From: Camelus ferus
Taxonomy: Eukaryota
NCBI RefSeq assembly: GCF_009834535.1
Contig: NC_045696.1
Coordinates: 558,001 to 622,000, forward strand
Direction of reading: 5' to 3'
DNA: 64,000 nucleotides
Below the pieces are notes generated by a model. That model was not told where the DNA came from and made no database searches. It was given only the letters and a program-made list of their open reading frames with translations. Of the stretch, positions 12,601 to 41,612 are shown piece by piece (positions within the stretch are counted from its first letter, which is position 1; the number at the start of each line of letters is the position of its first letter). The position numbers were made by a program, and so were the translations under genes.

Positions 12601-15600
12601 CTTTTTTCTGGATCATTTGTGAGTAGATTGAAGCCACTGTGCCCTTAACCCTGAATTCATTCAGGGTGTATTTCTTAAGATCAAGGACGTTCTCTTACAC
12701 AATCACAGTGCGACGTTCAAAATCAGGAAATTCAACCCGGTACAATCTAGTATCTAATCTGCGACCACAATCAAATTACATTACTGTCTCCACTCCAGGG
12801 TCCAGCCTAGACCAACAGTAGCTTCAGGTGCCTTGTCTTTTGTGGCCTTTAATCTGGGCCAGCCCCTTCCTTGACGGTGGTGATGGGCTGTAAAGCACAG
12901 GCTGGTGGTTTTGTGAAGTGCTGCTCGCTGGGTGCCAGGCTGACCTTTCTCGTGCCTTTAGGCAGGAGCAGCCCAGAAGTGACGTGGGGTCCTCCTCAGG
13001 GCCTTACTGGGTCCCTTGGTCAAGCTGGTGTCCCCTACCCAGGGTTATTCACTGCTATGTTTCTGTTTTCCCTTTTGTCGTTAATTAGCACTGCCTGGGG
13101 AGGAAGTTGAGGATGTGCAAATGTCCTGCTCTTCTTGAATTCCAGCCACAAGTTTAGCAGCATGGAGAATTTTCTGACCTCACCCTTTCTCTGTGGGAGC
13201 TGTCGCCTCTCTGACGTTTGTTTACTCCTGGTCAATGTGTTTCATACTCTCTTCTTTTTTTGGGGGGGAGGGGATAATTAGCTTTATTTATTTATTTATT
13301 TAATGGAGGTGCTGGGGACTGAACCCAGGACCTCATGCTTGCTGAGCACGCGCTCTACCACTGCGCTGTACCTTCTCCTTCACTTCTTTTCTTTTTAAAA
13401 TGTATCATTTTATACTTTTTATCTGAAAGTTCTGAGGTCTGTAGTCCCGGAGGTCTGACTTTGCAGACCGCCGTGCCTGTGGATTCTCACAGCAATTACT
13501 TCTTCACGTGTTCTGTGATTTTTGATTGTGAGTGCCTGTTTGGAGTCTCATCTGTGGCAATTCTTGGTTAAAAGTTTGTGTTTGCCTCTTTTAGATGCTT
13601 GGGCCACTTTAGATGAGTCTTTTGCTCGGAGTTTTGGAACCACACAGTAGGGAGTTCTGCCTGAACCGCGGCCCGTCTCCCCATCAGGGACTCTTATGGT
13701 TAGAATTTCCAGGAGAGATATTTCTCCTGCTTCACCAGAGAGAAGGCCGAGACCGGAAGTGTCCCAGTTATTTCCTGTGGTGGGTGTTTTTTTTCCCTGT
13801 TTCATCTTTGGAGATGTCATCTTTCAGGGGTGTCCAGTCTGACCCCAACTTGTGCGGTCTTAGGACCCCCCAACTCTTGGGGGCTGCTCAGATGCCTCCA
13901 GGGTGGACCCACCTTCTGGGCGAGACTTTCTGGGCATTTCTGGCCTCGGATGGTTTCCAGGTGCTGAATCCGCTCTGACAGTTCGCTCCTCTGAGGTTCT
14001 CTGTGGCGGCTGCTGGCTCTCAGCGTGCGCTCAGCCCCGTCTCCGGGCTCCCGGGGAGGCCTCCCGACTGTCCCGGGGCCGCTGCTTCATGACTCTGAAG
14101 CCTCGCTTGCCCGTGTCTATTCTGCTTGGCTCCGGTGGCCCGGGGCTGTGCCGTGGGCACCTGGCACTGCGAGTGTCCGGAGCGTCTGCTCCTCACAGGG
14201 CTGCTGCCACCTCTGCCTCGGATTTAGGGGAGATGCACATCTCCCCCGTAGCGAGTCTCACATTTGGGCAGATCAGGCCGCTCCCGGACTCTAAGGACCA
14301 GGCAGATCTGGCCCCTGAGGAGCTGGAATCTTGTCCAAAGAGGCAGTTTTCTTGGTCCCTTCCAGCAGCAGGCTCATGTGGGGGCAGCATGGCTGTCAGT
14401 TCTCTGGGGGAGTCACCAACAGGCCCTGCTGTCTCGGGGCCTTGGTCTCCGAGTGGGCAGCACGGTGGGTGTGTCAGGCAGCCCTGAGGGTGCCTGAGGG
14501 CTTGCGGTCAGCAGGGCTGCTGGTGGGCAGGGGTGTGGCCTCTGCGCCCGGGCTGGCTCCCCACAAGGGTGCGGATGCACCACGGGCTCAGGCGGGGCCA
14601 GCACCAGAGCCTGCCTTGCTGGGGGCTGGGCCGGGCGGCTCCCTGTCACCTGCCTCTCTTCCAGGTGGTCAGCCGGCTGGGCTTGGACTCTCTGTGCCCC
14701 TTCAACCCCAAGGAGCGGATCGTCGAGTGAGTGACACCCCTGACCCCCACGCCTGCGTGCAGACACCTGGTCCTTCCAGAGCTCTGCTCTGTCGCCAGGC
14801 GTGGGGCTGGGGGCCTTTAGGGAGGGGAGGTGCAGTGAGGCCCCAACAAGGTCCTGCTCTGTCCTCACATAGCTCCTGGCTGGTCACAACCCCTCCCTGG
14901 GGCAGCTGCTCTGCAGACTGGGCCCTGTCCCCTCCCCATGCTGGTGCGGGTGGGGTGTGGGGCGGTGGCCTGGAGTCAGGGACCCTGGCCTGGCCAGCCC
15001 ACACTCTCAGCCAGGCAGTCACTGCCAGGACCCTTCTCTGATACCCGTCCCTGCACGGCCTGAACCCCACCCAGCACCCCATCCCCGCAGGTACCTGGTC
15101 CCTGAGGGCGGGTCCCAGCAGAGCCTGGTGGACCAGCCCCTGTGTGCCTTCATCCGTGAGGTGGGCGCCCGCTCGGCGGCCCCGGGGGGCGGCTCCGTGG
15201 CAGGGACCTGTGCAGCCATGGTGAGTGCAGGCCCGGGTCAGGCGGGGATGCTGGGGAGGCCAGGGCAGGGCCTTGGGGCAGGTCACACACAGCTCTGCTC
15301 GCCCCAGGGTGCCGCGCTGGCCTCCATGGTTGGCCTCATGACCTACGGGCGGCGCCAGTTTGAGCACCTGGACGCGACCATGCGGCGTCTGATCCCGCCT
15401 TTCCACGCAGCCTCGGCCAAGCTGACTGCGATGGTGGACTCTGACGCCCGCGCCTTCGAGGCCTACCTGGTGAGTTGCAGCCCTGGGCGAGGTTGGGGGT
15501 CAGTGGGCAGTGCTGGTCTGGAAGAAAGGTGGGCCTGGAGCACAGGGGGCTGAAGCCCAGAGAGGCTGGAGGGACAGTGGTCGGCTTCTACTGGGCCTTC

Positions 15601-18600
15601 CCTCCCTGCTGGTGCAGGGCTGAGCCCAGCAGGTCTGGTGCAGGCAGGACCCCGGGTTGGAGTCTCTGTAGGGCTTGGTGGGGGGAGGGAGAGAAGGACA
15701 GCTGCCCGGAGGGTCAGCCAGGCTCAGTGTCCCCTGGCCAGCTGCCCCTTGAGTCCCCTTGGTGGGTGGCACCCAGATCTGCCCACGCTGGAAGGAGGCA
15801 GGGTCCCCAAAGGAGAACTCACATGCCAGGAAGGGCTGGAACAGAAATCTTCACAGGGGAAATGCGGGTGAGTCAGGGTCTCAGAGAGACCAGAGAAGAC
15901 ATTCAGCCATAAGACAAAAAGCAGGCCACTGGAGAATGTTCACATCACACGGACACACAGGTGGTTAGGTTCAGACAGCGCTCACCTAGGAGGGGAGCAG
16001 AGGAGGGGCCTCCATCAAAACCAGGGGCAGAAAGGTCGAGATGCAAGTTCAAGGCCAAGAAGCCCCAGGGCAGGTCCGTGAGCAACCCCAGCAGAGAGGA
16101 CCCGGGACAAGCGGGCGTGAGGGAGCTCGGACTCCGTGGGTGTAGGAAGACCAGCCTGAGAAGGTGTGAGCTTCACCGACACCAGGCATCCCAGGGCCTT
16201 CCAGACAGAGCCGCCCCGCCGGCAAGACTGGGCGTGAAGGGAGGACGTGGACCAGGGGACCTCCGGGAGGGGACCTCTGGGAGCTGGGCACCTCGGAGAG
16301 CATGAACAATCAGAGCTCCGTCTGAGGAAGTTGTGATGCTGGAAGAGGTGACCGTCTGACTGGAGCGGGTCTTCAGGGAGGCATACAGACCGATACCCTC
16401 TTCTGTAAGGACTCTTAAGGCTGAATTTCACTTACTTGCTTTTTAAAATAAGTGAAACCTTCAGGGGTTCAGAGTTCACAAGGGCAGAAGGTAGCTGGTG
16501 CCCCCAGCACACCTGCCCTGCCCCCCGAGCAGGTGCAGCTGCCAGTGCCCAGTTCCTGGGATATTTGTGTACATTCCTGTGGCCCCAGTTTCTCTTTTTC
16601 TTACACAAATGGCTCAGTTTTGCCTCATTAGCCCTTCACGTGACGTTCTCCTGGAGTGGGGACACCCTGAGGCCCGCTGGGCTGCCTGGGGCGGAGCCCT
16701 GCTGGGGATGCAGCTGGGACACGCAGGGTGAACAGACAGTGTCCGTGCGGAGGCGTGTGGTGGACGGGCAGTAGGAGTGACTCGGAGAAGGACTCTCGCC
16801 CCAGGGTGGGTGCGCCGCTCACTTGAAGGGTGCTGTCCGGCGGGCCTTGTAGAGGTTGTGCGGTCCTCACGCCTCTTCCCCTGACCTGCGAGCTGTCAGA
16901 CGGGGCGGTCTCGCAGCCTGTCTCTTGGTGCCGCCCTGGTGAGGGCGGCTCATTGCGGGCGGGGCAGCGGGAGGAGTGTTTGCCCCCTTTTCAGGGAAGT
17001 GAGTGTCCTTTTCTTCTCCGTCTCTCGTGGTGAGCTCACTGGGACTCTTCTCGATCCAGGAGCCCCAGCTCGTGCTTTGACCTTCATTTCGCTTGTACTG
17101 GTTTCTGACAACGCGAGCTGTGTCTTTATGTCGCCGAGTAGTCAGTCTTTCTGCTCTTTCCTGTGTTTTGTGTCATAGTTGAACGGCCTCCCCAGGCCAA
17201 ACTTACTGGACTTCTCCCTCGGAGTTTCCAGTCGCCGGTGCTGATGAGCTCACGACACTGAGAGGTGACTAAGGAGAAACGTCAGCTTACATGTAAAAAT
17301 TAGTGTGTAATTATTAACACTAAAAATATTACAAATTCTTACCACTACAGATTAGAAATAAGACAAATATAAAAGAACTGGAGGAGGAATTCGAAACATG
17401 AAAATCTAATCAAAAGGCAGGAAAGAAGAAGAAAGACAGTTAGCGAAGCGGAGTGGTTCAGAGAAAACCTAAACCAAAACGACGAGACAGAGACACACCC
17501 AGCCAACAGTCACCCGCACACATACGTGAGCCGGGGAGACACTGGCGCGGTTTATGTTCCTGCTGAGCAGCAAGAAGAAGGACTTCTGAAAAAAAATAAG
17601 GGAACCGCCTTATCTTGCACCAAATACGTTTGCGATCTCTGGATGGAGTCAGAAGCTAGATATATACCTCCCTCTGCCCCCTAGACAACCTCACAGTAGC
17701 TCAGAAAATACGTCCAACTCTGGGGGCCAGGCCTCCTCAACCAGGCACAGACGTGGCCTCGTGAAAGACAGACGTGATTAAAATTAGCAGAGTTCTGCCC
17801 AGTGGAGAAGCCACCACCAGGGTCTGGCCACACAGATCCAGCAGGGTCCTGCGTTCATGGAAAGGAGCAACGAGCCGTCGCAGGACAGGACACCAGCGGG
17901 GCCCCGGGGAGGTTGGTGTGTCAGGAGGGGCAGAATCAGCTTCTGGGGTCCTGGGAGAGTTTGCTCTTGCGCAGGGCTGATGGCCCAGCTGACTGGTAAC
18001 AACTTCGGGGTGGAGATTTGGCCAAATCTGCAAAACTGAAAGGCACAGTCCCCACCCAGTGATCCTTGGACCTGTCCAGAAGCCCTGCACGTGGGTAGGG
18101 CTGGGACACTGAGGTGTGAGCGGGAGAGCCTGGACATGGCCGCTCACAGCACAGGGTGCTCGGATGAGGACAGGCCTGCCCGACCCAGGGGAGTCACACA
18201 CCCGCGTGACCACTGCTGGGTGGCGCCTTTGGGGAGGGAGGGACATGCCCTGAACTTTTATGTCTGCTCTTTGGGGGCCACGCAGTTGCCTTGAATGGAG
18301 CCAGTGCTGTGGGGAGGTCAAGGGTTGGAGGATTTGCTACCCTTCGGCCCCTGAGGGCACAGCCCCCTCCTCTCTAGTCCCTCAGTGCCCAATGTGGAGG
18401 CCTCGCACCATGTTGCCTTCCTCTGTCTGGGGCCGAATGCCGAGAAGTTTAATCCACGGACCCACTAGCAGTGCTCATCCGAAAGTGTGTCTGTGCCCGG
18501 TTGCGGCGCTGGCCCTGGAGCTGTGGTCCGGGTGTGGAGGCTACCTGACTCCCCCAGGCCCCTGTGTGGCCAGAAGGCCCTCTTCCTCAGTCACTCCCTT

Positions 18601-21350
18601 GGGCGTTTCTGTGTTTGCTCTGACAGAAAGCAGTGAAGCTGCCCAAGAACACACCTGAGGACAGGGACAGGTGAGTACAGCAGTGGCCGTGGGGTGCCAT
18701 ACCAGGCTGTGGACGCCAGGTGCCCTGAAAGGCCCTGGTACCTTTCAGTCCACCTCTGGTGTGTTGTGCCTAAGGAACGATGTCCCTGTGGCCCCCCCAG
18801 TTCTGCCTGCTTGGGGTGGAGCTGTTGGGTGGGGCTGGCGGTGCCTGGGTGCCCTGGGCTTGGACCACTGAGCCCTGCCTTTCAGGCGCACAGCTGCCCT
18901 GCAAGAGGGGCTGAGACAGGCGGTGGCCGTGCCCTTGGAGCTGGCGGAGACAGTGGCCTCACTGTGGCCAGCGCTGCAGGAGCTGGCCCTGTGTGGGAAC
19001 CTGGGCTGCCGGTCGGACCTGCAGGTACAGGGAGGGGTCCACTGCCCGCTGGGTGTGGGGGCAGTGTGGAGGGTCGTTGGGCACCACAGCTGATCACTGT
19101 ATGTTTAAGGAGCCCGGCCTGGACCCGAGCACTTCGCAGGGTGTCTTGGCCGGCCTCAGCCAGCAGGGCCGGCTCAGTTACCCACCTTAAGGTGGAGAAC
19201 TAAGGGTCTTGTTCAGAGCATCCCAGCAGAGAGGCAGAACCTCAAATGTGTCTACAGAGTCCATCCCTAACCATTTCCACAGACCCTGCCCCACTCCTTC
19301 CCAGCGCCTGTCCCTCCAGAAAACCCCACAGCAGCTCACAGATGTGTCCACAGCTGGTGTGCGGAGGGCGTGGGGACCAGGGACATTAGAGCAGGTTCTA
19401 TAGCCTGTCCTGAAGCTCCAGGGCTCTCAGGGTCTTTACAAGACAGACACCTGTGTTTGGTGTCCAGCCCTGAGGCCCCTTGAGAATGCTGACAACGTAT
19501 GGAAGCTGCTGAGCCCAGAGACCAAGGTCCCTGCGTTCTGGGCACCCCCTTGGCCCATGAGGCCTGTGAGCACCTAGCACACGGTGCTCACTGTTGAAGG
19601 CCTCCTTGTGGCCTGCTCTGGCCAAGGGCCATGCAGCTTTGGTTGTGGGGTCATGAGCACTGAGGCCAGTGAGGTGTGGACCAGGCTGTGGAATGGTCAG
19701 CTGAGGGTGGGCCTCTGAATTCTCAATGGCGTGGGGGCCCTGGGACACCCCCAGGGAGGGCCAGGCCTCTATCCAGTGATTCCCCAGCTCCAGAGGGCTG
19801 TGTAGATGCTCCCCCTGCCCGTGTGACCTGAGGGGGAGGGCTGTGCGGGAAACTGGGCTCCCGAGGCTCCAAGACTTTCCCCCATGGCCAGGGAGAGGGC
19901 CGGGAAGTGACCGGCCTGGGCCTGAGCCGTGCGCCAGGAGGCTGGCTTCGCTCAGATGAGAGGAGCTCGAAGCGGGGGTGGATGGGGGGTGTGTTACCTC
20001 CGTCTCTGGATGGGCCTTCTATGCTCGGAGAGAGGGCCGGGGACTCCTCAGAGCCGTCCTGCCGCCTTGCGGGAGCTCCCGGGCGCTTTGCGGACAGGGC
20101 ACGAGCTCCTGCGGCCACGTCCCCGGCTCCGGAGTGGGCCTGGCGAGCCTCTGCTGGTCGCCCGCCGTGGTGGCCGCCCTGTCACGGTGACTCTTGCAGG
20201 TGGCAGCCAAGGCCCTGGAGACAGGCGTGTTTGGTGCGTATTTCAACGTGGTCATCAACCTGAAGGGTGTCACCGATGATGAGTTTAAGGACCAGGTGTG
20301 TAGGAGCGTGGGCCAGGCCCCAACGGGGGGCTGGAGGTCCACCGACGTGGGGCCTGGGCACCTGGCCAACAGGTCCTTGAGGGAGGGGACGTCCGTCTGA
20401 TGAGACGGTCCCGCACCTCCTGTGGGTGGATGAGGCCTGGCCTGCAGAGTGTGGGCACCGGCGACGGCCGAGGTCTTCTTTCAGGGTCTCTGTGGAGGCC
20501 TGGGCGCCTGCCAGCACTCCCTCTTTCCCTCCCCTGCAGCTCTGGCCAGGCTGGGGACCCCGAGCTGGGCTGGGCTGTAGCACTGGCAACACGAGGTCTC
20601 GAAGACCTGTCACCAACCTACGCCATTATTCCACTGATAATTTAATTGCTATTGTTATTAGAGTAAAATTCACAGAATGTGCAGCTCACCTGGTTACATG
20701 GTACAATTCAGTGGCATTAAGCACATTCATGGTGTTGTGAAGCCACCACCGCTTCAAGTTCCAGAACTTTCTCACTCCAGAGGGGACCCTGCAGTCACCT
20801 GTTCCCAGCCCTGCCACCACCCATGTGTCTCTGTGATTTGCGACAATCTTTAAAAAGCAATTTCCTGGCTCGGAATGGGAGCACTGTGGCCTTTTCGAAG
20901 GCCAGCCTGTCTGCACCTGCCTGCTGCAGCCAGGCTGGGCTTGGCCATCAGGGAAGTCACTGTCCACCACCTGGGCACTGAGATAAAGGACAGACTACTT
21001 GAGTGCTGCCCCTTCGGGCATCGGGGACTCAGCCCTGCCCTGGGCAGTCATGGCTAAAGTGGGATGGCCCAGAGCGTTGAGACTGGGGTCTGGCTGGCCC
21101 CACATCTCAGAAAGGAGAGGGGCCCCTCCCACCCCCACCAAGAGACCCATGAGGAGCTGAGGTCCCCAGGTCAGGGGCTTGGGGTCACCTGGAGTGGACA
21201 CGCTAGGGAGGTGGCAGAGAGGCCTGGCCAGTGGGGTGATGACCAGGTCTCTCTGTCCGTCAGGTCCGTCAGCGCATCTCCAGCCTCCTGCAGGAAGCCA
21301 AGACCCAGGCAGCACTGGTGCTGGACCGCCTGGAGGCCCGGCAGGAGTGA
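6566..21350 (+). CDS. FTCD: Formimidoyltransferase-cyclodeaminase, complete 14-exon gene, 541 aa
   Basis: join(6566-6619,7322-7505,8173-8301,9154-9242,9332-9511,10479-10616,10700-10831,14665-14726,15091-15220,15308-15469,18627-18670,18886-19024,20200-20295,21264-21350) = 1626 nt; all [18 protein letters not shown] start, GEHPRMG (His82), MVDSDA (Asp412). Confidence 0.97.
7322..7505 (+). CDS. FTCD: FTCD exon 2
   Basis: [35 protein letters not shown]...IDMSRHR; AG/GT borders, 184 nt. Confidence 0.95.
8173..8301 (+). CDS. FTCD: FTCD exon 3
   Basis: [26 protein letters not shown]...ELGVP; 129 nt. Confidence 0.95.
9154..9242 (+). CDS. FTCD: FTCD exon 4
   Basis: [30 protein letters not shown]; 89 nt. 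Confidence 0.93.
9332..9511 (+). CDS. FTCD: FTCD exon 5
   Basis: [38 protein letters not shown]...GRGKDQ; 180 nt. Confidence 0.95.
9705..9790. repeat. Short imperfect tandem repeat (CCCCAGGTGC-like 10-mers)
   Basis: cccaggtgccc ccatgtgcct ccaggtgtcc ccaggtgccc... Confidence 0.6.
10479..10616 (+). CDS. FTCD: FTCD exon 6
   Basis: [46 protein letters not shown]; 138 nt. Confidence 0.95.
10700..10831 (+). CDS. FTCD: FTCD exon 7
   Basis: [44 protein letters not shown]; 132 nt. Confidence 0.95.
11563..11987. mobile_element. Tigger1-derived internally deleted DNA transposon (TcMar-Tigger MITE)
   Basis: CAGGC..GGTTCCAGACCATTTCAATAAAGCAAATATCGCAATAAAACAAGTCAC..GGTTTCCCAGTGCATAT resembles a Tigger1 end; opposite end ..CGAGGCCCGCCTG is a degenerate TIR. 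Confidence 0.8.
12440..13160 (-). mobile_element. Ancient L1 (L1M-type) 3' fragment
   Basis: T-rich, GTATTTCTTAAGATCAAGGACGTTCTCTTACACAATCACAG pattern of old L1 3' ends. Confidence 0.6.
13255..13378 (-). mobile_element. tRNA-derived SINE (camelid vic-1-like)
   Basis: Reverse reads AGGTACAGCGCAGTGGTAGAGCGCGTGCTCAGCAAGCATGAGGTCCTGGGTTCAGTCCCCAGCACCTCCATTAAATAAATAAA: A box, B box, (TAAA)n tail. Confidence 0.85.
14665..14726 (+). CDS. FTCD: FTCD exon 8
   Basis: [21 protein letters not shown]; 62 nt; GA|gtgagt. Confidence 0.94.
15091..15220 (+). CDS. FTCD: FTCD exon 9
   Basis: [43 protein letters not shown]; cyclodeaminase PGGGS motif. Confidence 0.95.
15308..15469 (+). CDS. FTCD: FTCD exon 10
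   Basis: [33 protein letters not shown]...[12 protein letters not shown]; 162 nt. Confidence 0.95.
18627..18670 (+). CDS. FTCD: FTCD exon 11
   Basis: [15 protein letters not shown]; 44 nt; AG|gtgagt. Confidence 0.92.
18886..19024 (+). CDS. FTCD: FTCD exon 12
   Basis: [46 protein letters not shown]; 139 nt. Confidence 0.94.
20200..20295 (+). CDS. FTCD: FTCD exon 13
   Basis: [32 protein letters not shown]; 96 nt. Confidence 0.95.
20640..20835 (-). mobile_element. L1 3'-end fragment
   Basis: GTACAATTCAGTGGCATTAAGCACATTCATGGTGTTGTG..CCAGAACTTTCTCACTCC typical of L1MA/MB 3' end in reverse. Confidence 0.7.
21264..21350 (+). CDS. FTCD: FTCD exon 14 (last coding)
   Basis: [31 protein letters not shown]. 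Confidence 0.94.
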   Translation, partial: VRQRISSLLQEAKTQAALVLDRLEARQE

Positions 21351-21501
21351 CAGCCGGGGGGGGGGGACCTCCCTGTCGGGAGGACAGGGCGGCTGTGGGG
21401 CCCAGAGCGGGGAGGGTGTGGGGGGCAAGGAAAGGGGGGCTGTGGTGGGGGTGGGCTCTGTCTGGGGTTGGTGGTGTCACCCTCTGTCACCTGCAGCCTC
21501 C

Positions 21502-21507
21502 AGTAAA
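21502..21507 (+). terminator. Probable FTCD polyA signal, variant AGTAAA
   Basis: Only polyA-like hexamer I see near the stop; about 150 nt downstream. Confidence 0.55.
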
Positions 21508-23365
21508 GTCACAACACACCAGTGCCTGTGGAGTGCCTGCGGGGTACCACAGGGTGGGGGCTGGGCAGGGCTGAGCTGAGTGGCAGAGACAGGGACTCTG
21601 GGACCTACGTGCACGAGGAGACGGGTGGGAGGAAGTGGGGGCACAGCATGAGGAGACAGGAGCTCCTGGGGTGCCCGGGGAACAGGGCCTCATAGCAGGA
21701 CCCCTCACATCTCACGGAGGGACGAGGCCTCGCTGCTGCATGGGTGGTAGAGTGCGTAGTCCTCCGAGGTGAGGGGTGGCCGCGCCAGCTCCTCGCAGGG
21801 CAGGAGAAGGGGAAAAGGAGCAGGTGGCCAGGAGTTCCTGGGGAGGTAATGGTGACATGAGGGCCAGTTCCCGAGTCCGGGCCGGAAGAGGGGAAGCATC
21901 GGACCCTGGGGTTCTGGGTGGGGGGTGTCCCGGGCACCAGCGCTGACTTGTCTCTTGAAAGCTCTGGGGCCAAGGCCCAGCAGTGGGGGTCCTAAGAGGG
22001 TGGCTCCCCCACCTCCCAGCCCATGACCCCTGTGGGGCCTGGGTGGTGGCAGGGGGTGTGGTGGAGAGTCCCAGGCCTGGGCGCAGTAAGACAAGACACA
22101 GCCCCACAGCAGACCCTGGTCCAGGGTCATTGCTGCCCAGCCGAGCGATGACGCAGGGCAGTCTGTGGGGTCCCGGATGCGGCTGGAGGAGGAGGGGCCG
22201 AGCACAGAGTGTGTGCTGGGTGCCCTGTGGGGACGCCGGGACAGGCCGGGGCAGGCGGCCGTGGTGCCCCAGGAAGGCAGCATCCTCCAGGCTTCGAGCT
22301 GTGAGGGCGTGAGGGTCGGCTCTGCTGGGGGAGACTGGGCACCAGGTGGCTGCAGGTGGAGGTTCCCAACTCAGCCTTAAAATAGGCGATGCATCACACG
22401 GTTCAAAACCCAGCACTTTACAGATTCCTGCGGAGAAGCCCCACTGCCCGGTGCCCACCAGCCCCTTCCATCCTCTTTAGGAAACCGTTGAATTCCCTCC
22501 TGTGCGCACTTAGCGTGTGTTTATGCAAACACAGACGCACATGAGCACATGTTCTTGACTCTTCCCTGCTCTGTAAAGGGAGCGGATCAACAGCTGAGTT
22601 TTGCTCCACTTAACAAGACGGCCCGGAGCCCTTTCTCGTCCGCACTGAGGGACTGACTTCGTGTTTGTTTTTCCCCATGGTCCCTTCACCGGTTGTGAAG
22701 TGCAACATACATTCCGAAAGGTGCTCCCACCCCCAGCCTGTGACAAAGCATGTCCTGGGTGGCCAGAGTCCTCCTGACCCCTGCACCTGACCAGCACAGC
22801 CCTCCTCCATGGTGACCGCATCTGCTTTCCGGTGGACGTCTGGTGCAAGTACACACTTCCCACAGGGAGGCTCGGTTCCCCTGTGAGCTGCTGCTGGGGT
22901 CTGGAAGCTGGCCCACACCCTGGGGGGACCCCACCTACTCGCTCACCAGAGTCTGAAGTCCCTTCCAAAGGGATAGGCGTTCCTGCCTTCCTGGGGCCGG
23001 AGGCTGAACATGAGGGGCTGGCATCACAGAGAGGGATGTCCTTTCCTCTGAAGAGGGGGCCCTGTGCAGGGTCCAGCAGGCAGAACTCTGGACACGTGGA
23101 GGGAGGGGCCCCTGCCACCCCCATCCTGAGCTCTGACGGTCACAGGCGCCAGCGCTGCTGTCTGAGGCTGGGGCTGCTGGACTCTTCTCTCTCTTGCTGG
23201 CACTTTGTACGGTTCTTTGGGGGGATGGAGGGGGTGCAGAGGAAGAGAAGGCACTTGGTGTGAGGCCCTCCCCTCCAGCTGTAGGCTGTTCAGGCAGATG
23301 ACAGGAGGGGCAGAAGTGCCACAAAATGAGTTGGTCACCCCAGAGGGAGGTGACTAAGGTGTCAG

Positions 23366-23760
23366 TGTGGTCTGGGCTGAATCGCCCCCCTCCCCAAATT
23401 TTCATGCTGAAGCCCTAGCCCCCAGGACCTCAGAATGTGGCCTTATTTGGAAACAATCACTGCAGTTGTAATTAGTTTAGCTGAGGCCGTCCTGGAGCAG
23501 AATGGGCCCTAACCCAGCATGACTGTGTCCTTGTCACAGGGGGGAGCAGGGGCACGGACACGCCTGGGGAGAACACCGAGAGAGTGTCCCAGTGACGCTG
23601 CAAGTCCAGGGACTACAGGAGAGCCTGGAACAGACCCCTCCCTGGAGTCTTCTCAGGGGTGCGGCCCTGAGAGCACCTGGCCTCGGCCTTCTGGCCTCCA
23701 GACTTGTTTCAGGCCCCAGGTCGTGGTGCTTTGTTAGGCCAGCCCCAGCAGACGATACAC
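23366..23760 (+). mobile_element. MLT1-type solo LTR
   Basis: TGTGGTCTGGGCTGAATCGCCCC..CCTCAGAATGTGGCCTTATTTGGAAA..GGAACAGACCCTCCCTGGAG..GTGGTGCTTTGTTAGGCCAGCCC. Confidence 0.8.
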
Positions 23761-24350
23761 AGCCAGGGGTTTAATAGGACACTTGACAGAGAGTGAGCTT
23801 AAAAGAGTCCCTGAAGTGGCCACAAACCAAGACTCTGTGTCTCATTTCTCATCCATCTCTCTCTGCTTCTCTGTCCTGCTCATGTGTGCATGTGTCCCCT
23901 TCGTGTCCATCACTTACCCATTCATCACGTCACCTATTTATCTCTCAGTCACCTATCTATCACCCATCCTCACTCTCCCGTCTCTCTCTCTCTCTCTGTC
24001 CACAAAATTTCCTCATGCAAACCACCCACATCCCTAAAGTGCTCTGGCGCTGGTTTGGGGACAGACAGAGACTCCACTAACCAAGTACATTGTTTTCAGC
24101 TCAAAGCCAACTGGACAAAGGTGGAGTCCAGAGTTGATACTGTCCAGTTTGTACCCTTGAGGGTGTGGTGGCCAGTGCCTGGAGGCAGCACCTGCCTAGA
24201 AGGACAGGAGGCCAGGCTTGGCACATCTGGGTGCACAAAGCAACTGGGGGGTCCCGGGGGTATGATCAATCCTGGGGATTAATTGCATGGCCTCAGCAAC
24301 CCCTTGGCACAGACACTTGGAAACCGGGGGGCAAGAGGGGTTTCAAAGCC

Positions 24351-24356
24351 TTTATT
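24351..24356 (-). terminator. COL6A2 (C2 isoform) polyadenylation signal AATAAA
   Basis: TTTATT on + strand, about 480 nt past the stop codon. Confidence 0.85.
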
Positions 24357-24838
24357 GGACTGGGGTGTGTGCACACAGGGGCATGCAGGGTCTGCTGTCA
24401 CAGCTGAGTCTGATGGCGGAAGGTAACCCCCAGAGGTGAAGTGGAGACCTGGGAGCAGGGCTAGGAGGGCTGGAGGGGCCAGCAGAGAGCCTCTGGAGGG
24501 CGCCAGAGGGGAGGTCGAGTCTGGTAATGAGGCTTGGCTGAGGGAGATGGGGCCCCCCAGTGAACCCCAGGAAGCCTCTGGGGTCCTGGGAGGGCGTGGG
24601 GAGTGGGCAGGGGGTGGATATGGGCTGGGCGGCGCCCAGGGTGCCAGGAGCCCGAGTGGGGGGTGCGGGGTCCTCTGTTTCTGATTTTACACCCACATGT
24701 GAGGAGACAGTCCTCCCCGCGCTGGACCTCTCAGTGGGGTCTGAGTAGCACCACGGACAGGAGGACAGCGCCCGCGGGACTGGGGGCGGGGGGCGGACGT
24801 GCGGGGGAGGGCAGGGCGGGGCGCGGGGGGGGGTGGGG

Positions 24839-41612
<16,774 letters not shown>

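Noticed and set aside
17240..17263. TGATGA...CTGA box C/D-like pair in FTCD intron 10
   Set aside because: Boxes only about 10 nt apart, no terminal stem; too short for a snoRNA
20194..20400. FTCD exon 13 frame continuing 35 codons into intron 13
   Set aside because: No clear intronic polyA signal; length explained by GC content; exon 14 gives the expected 541-aa protein
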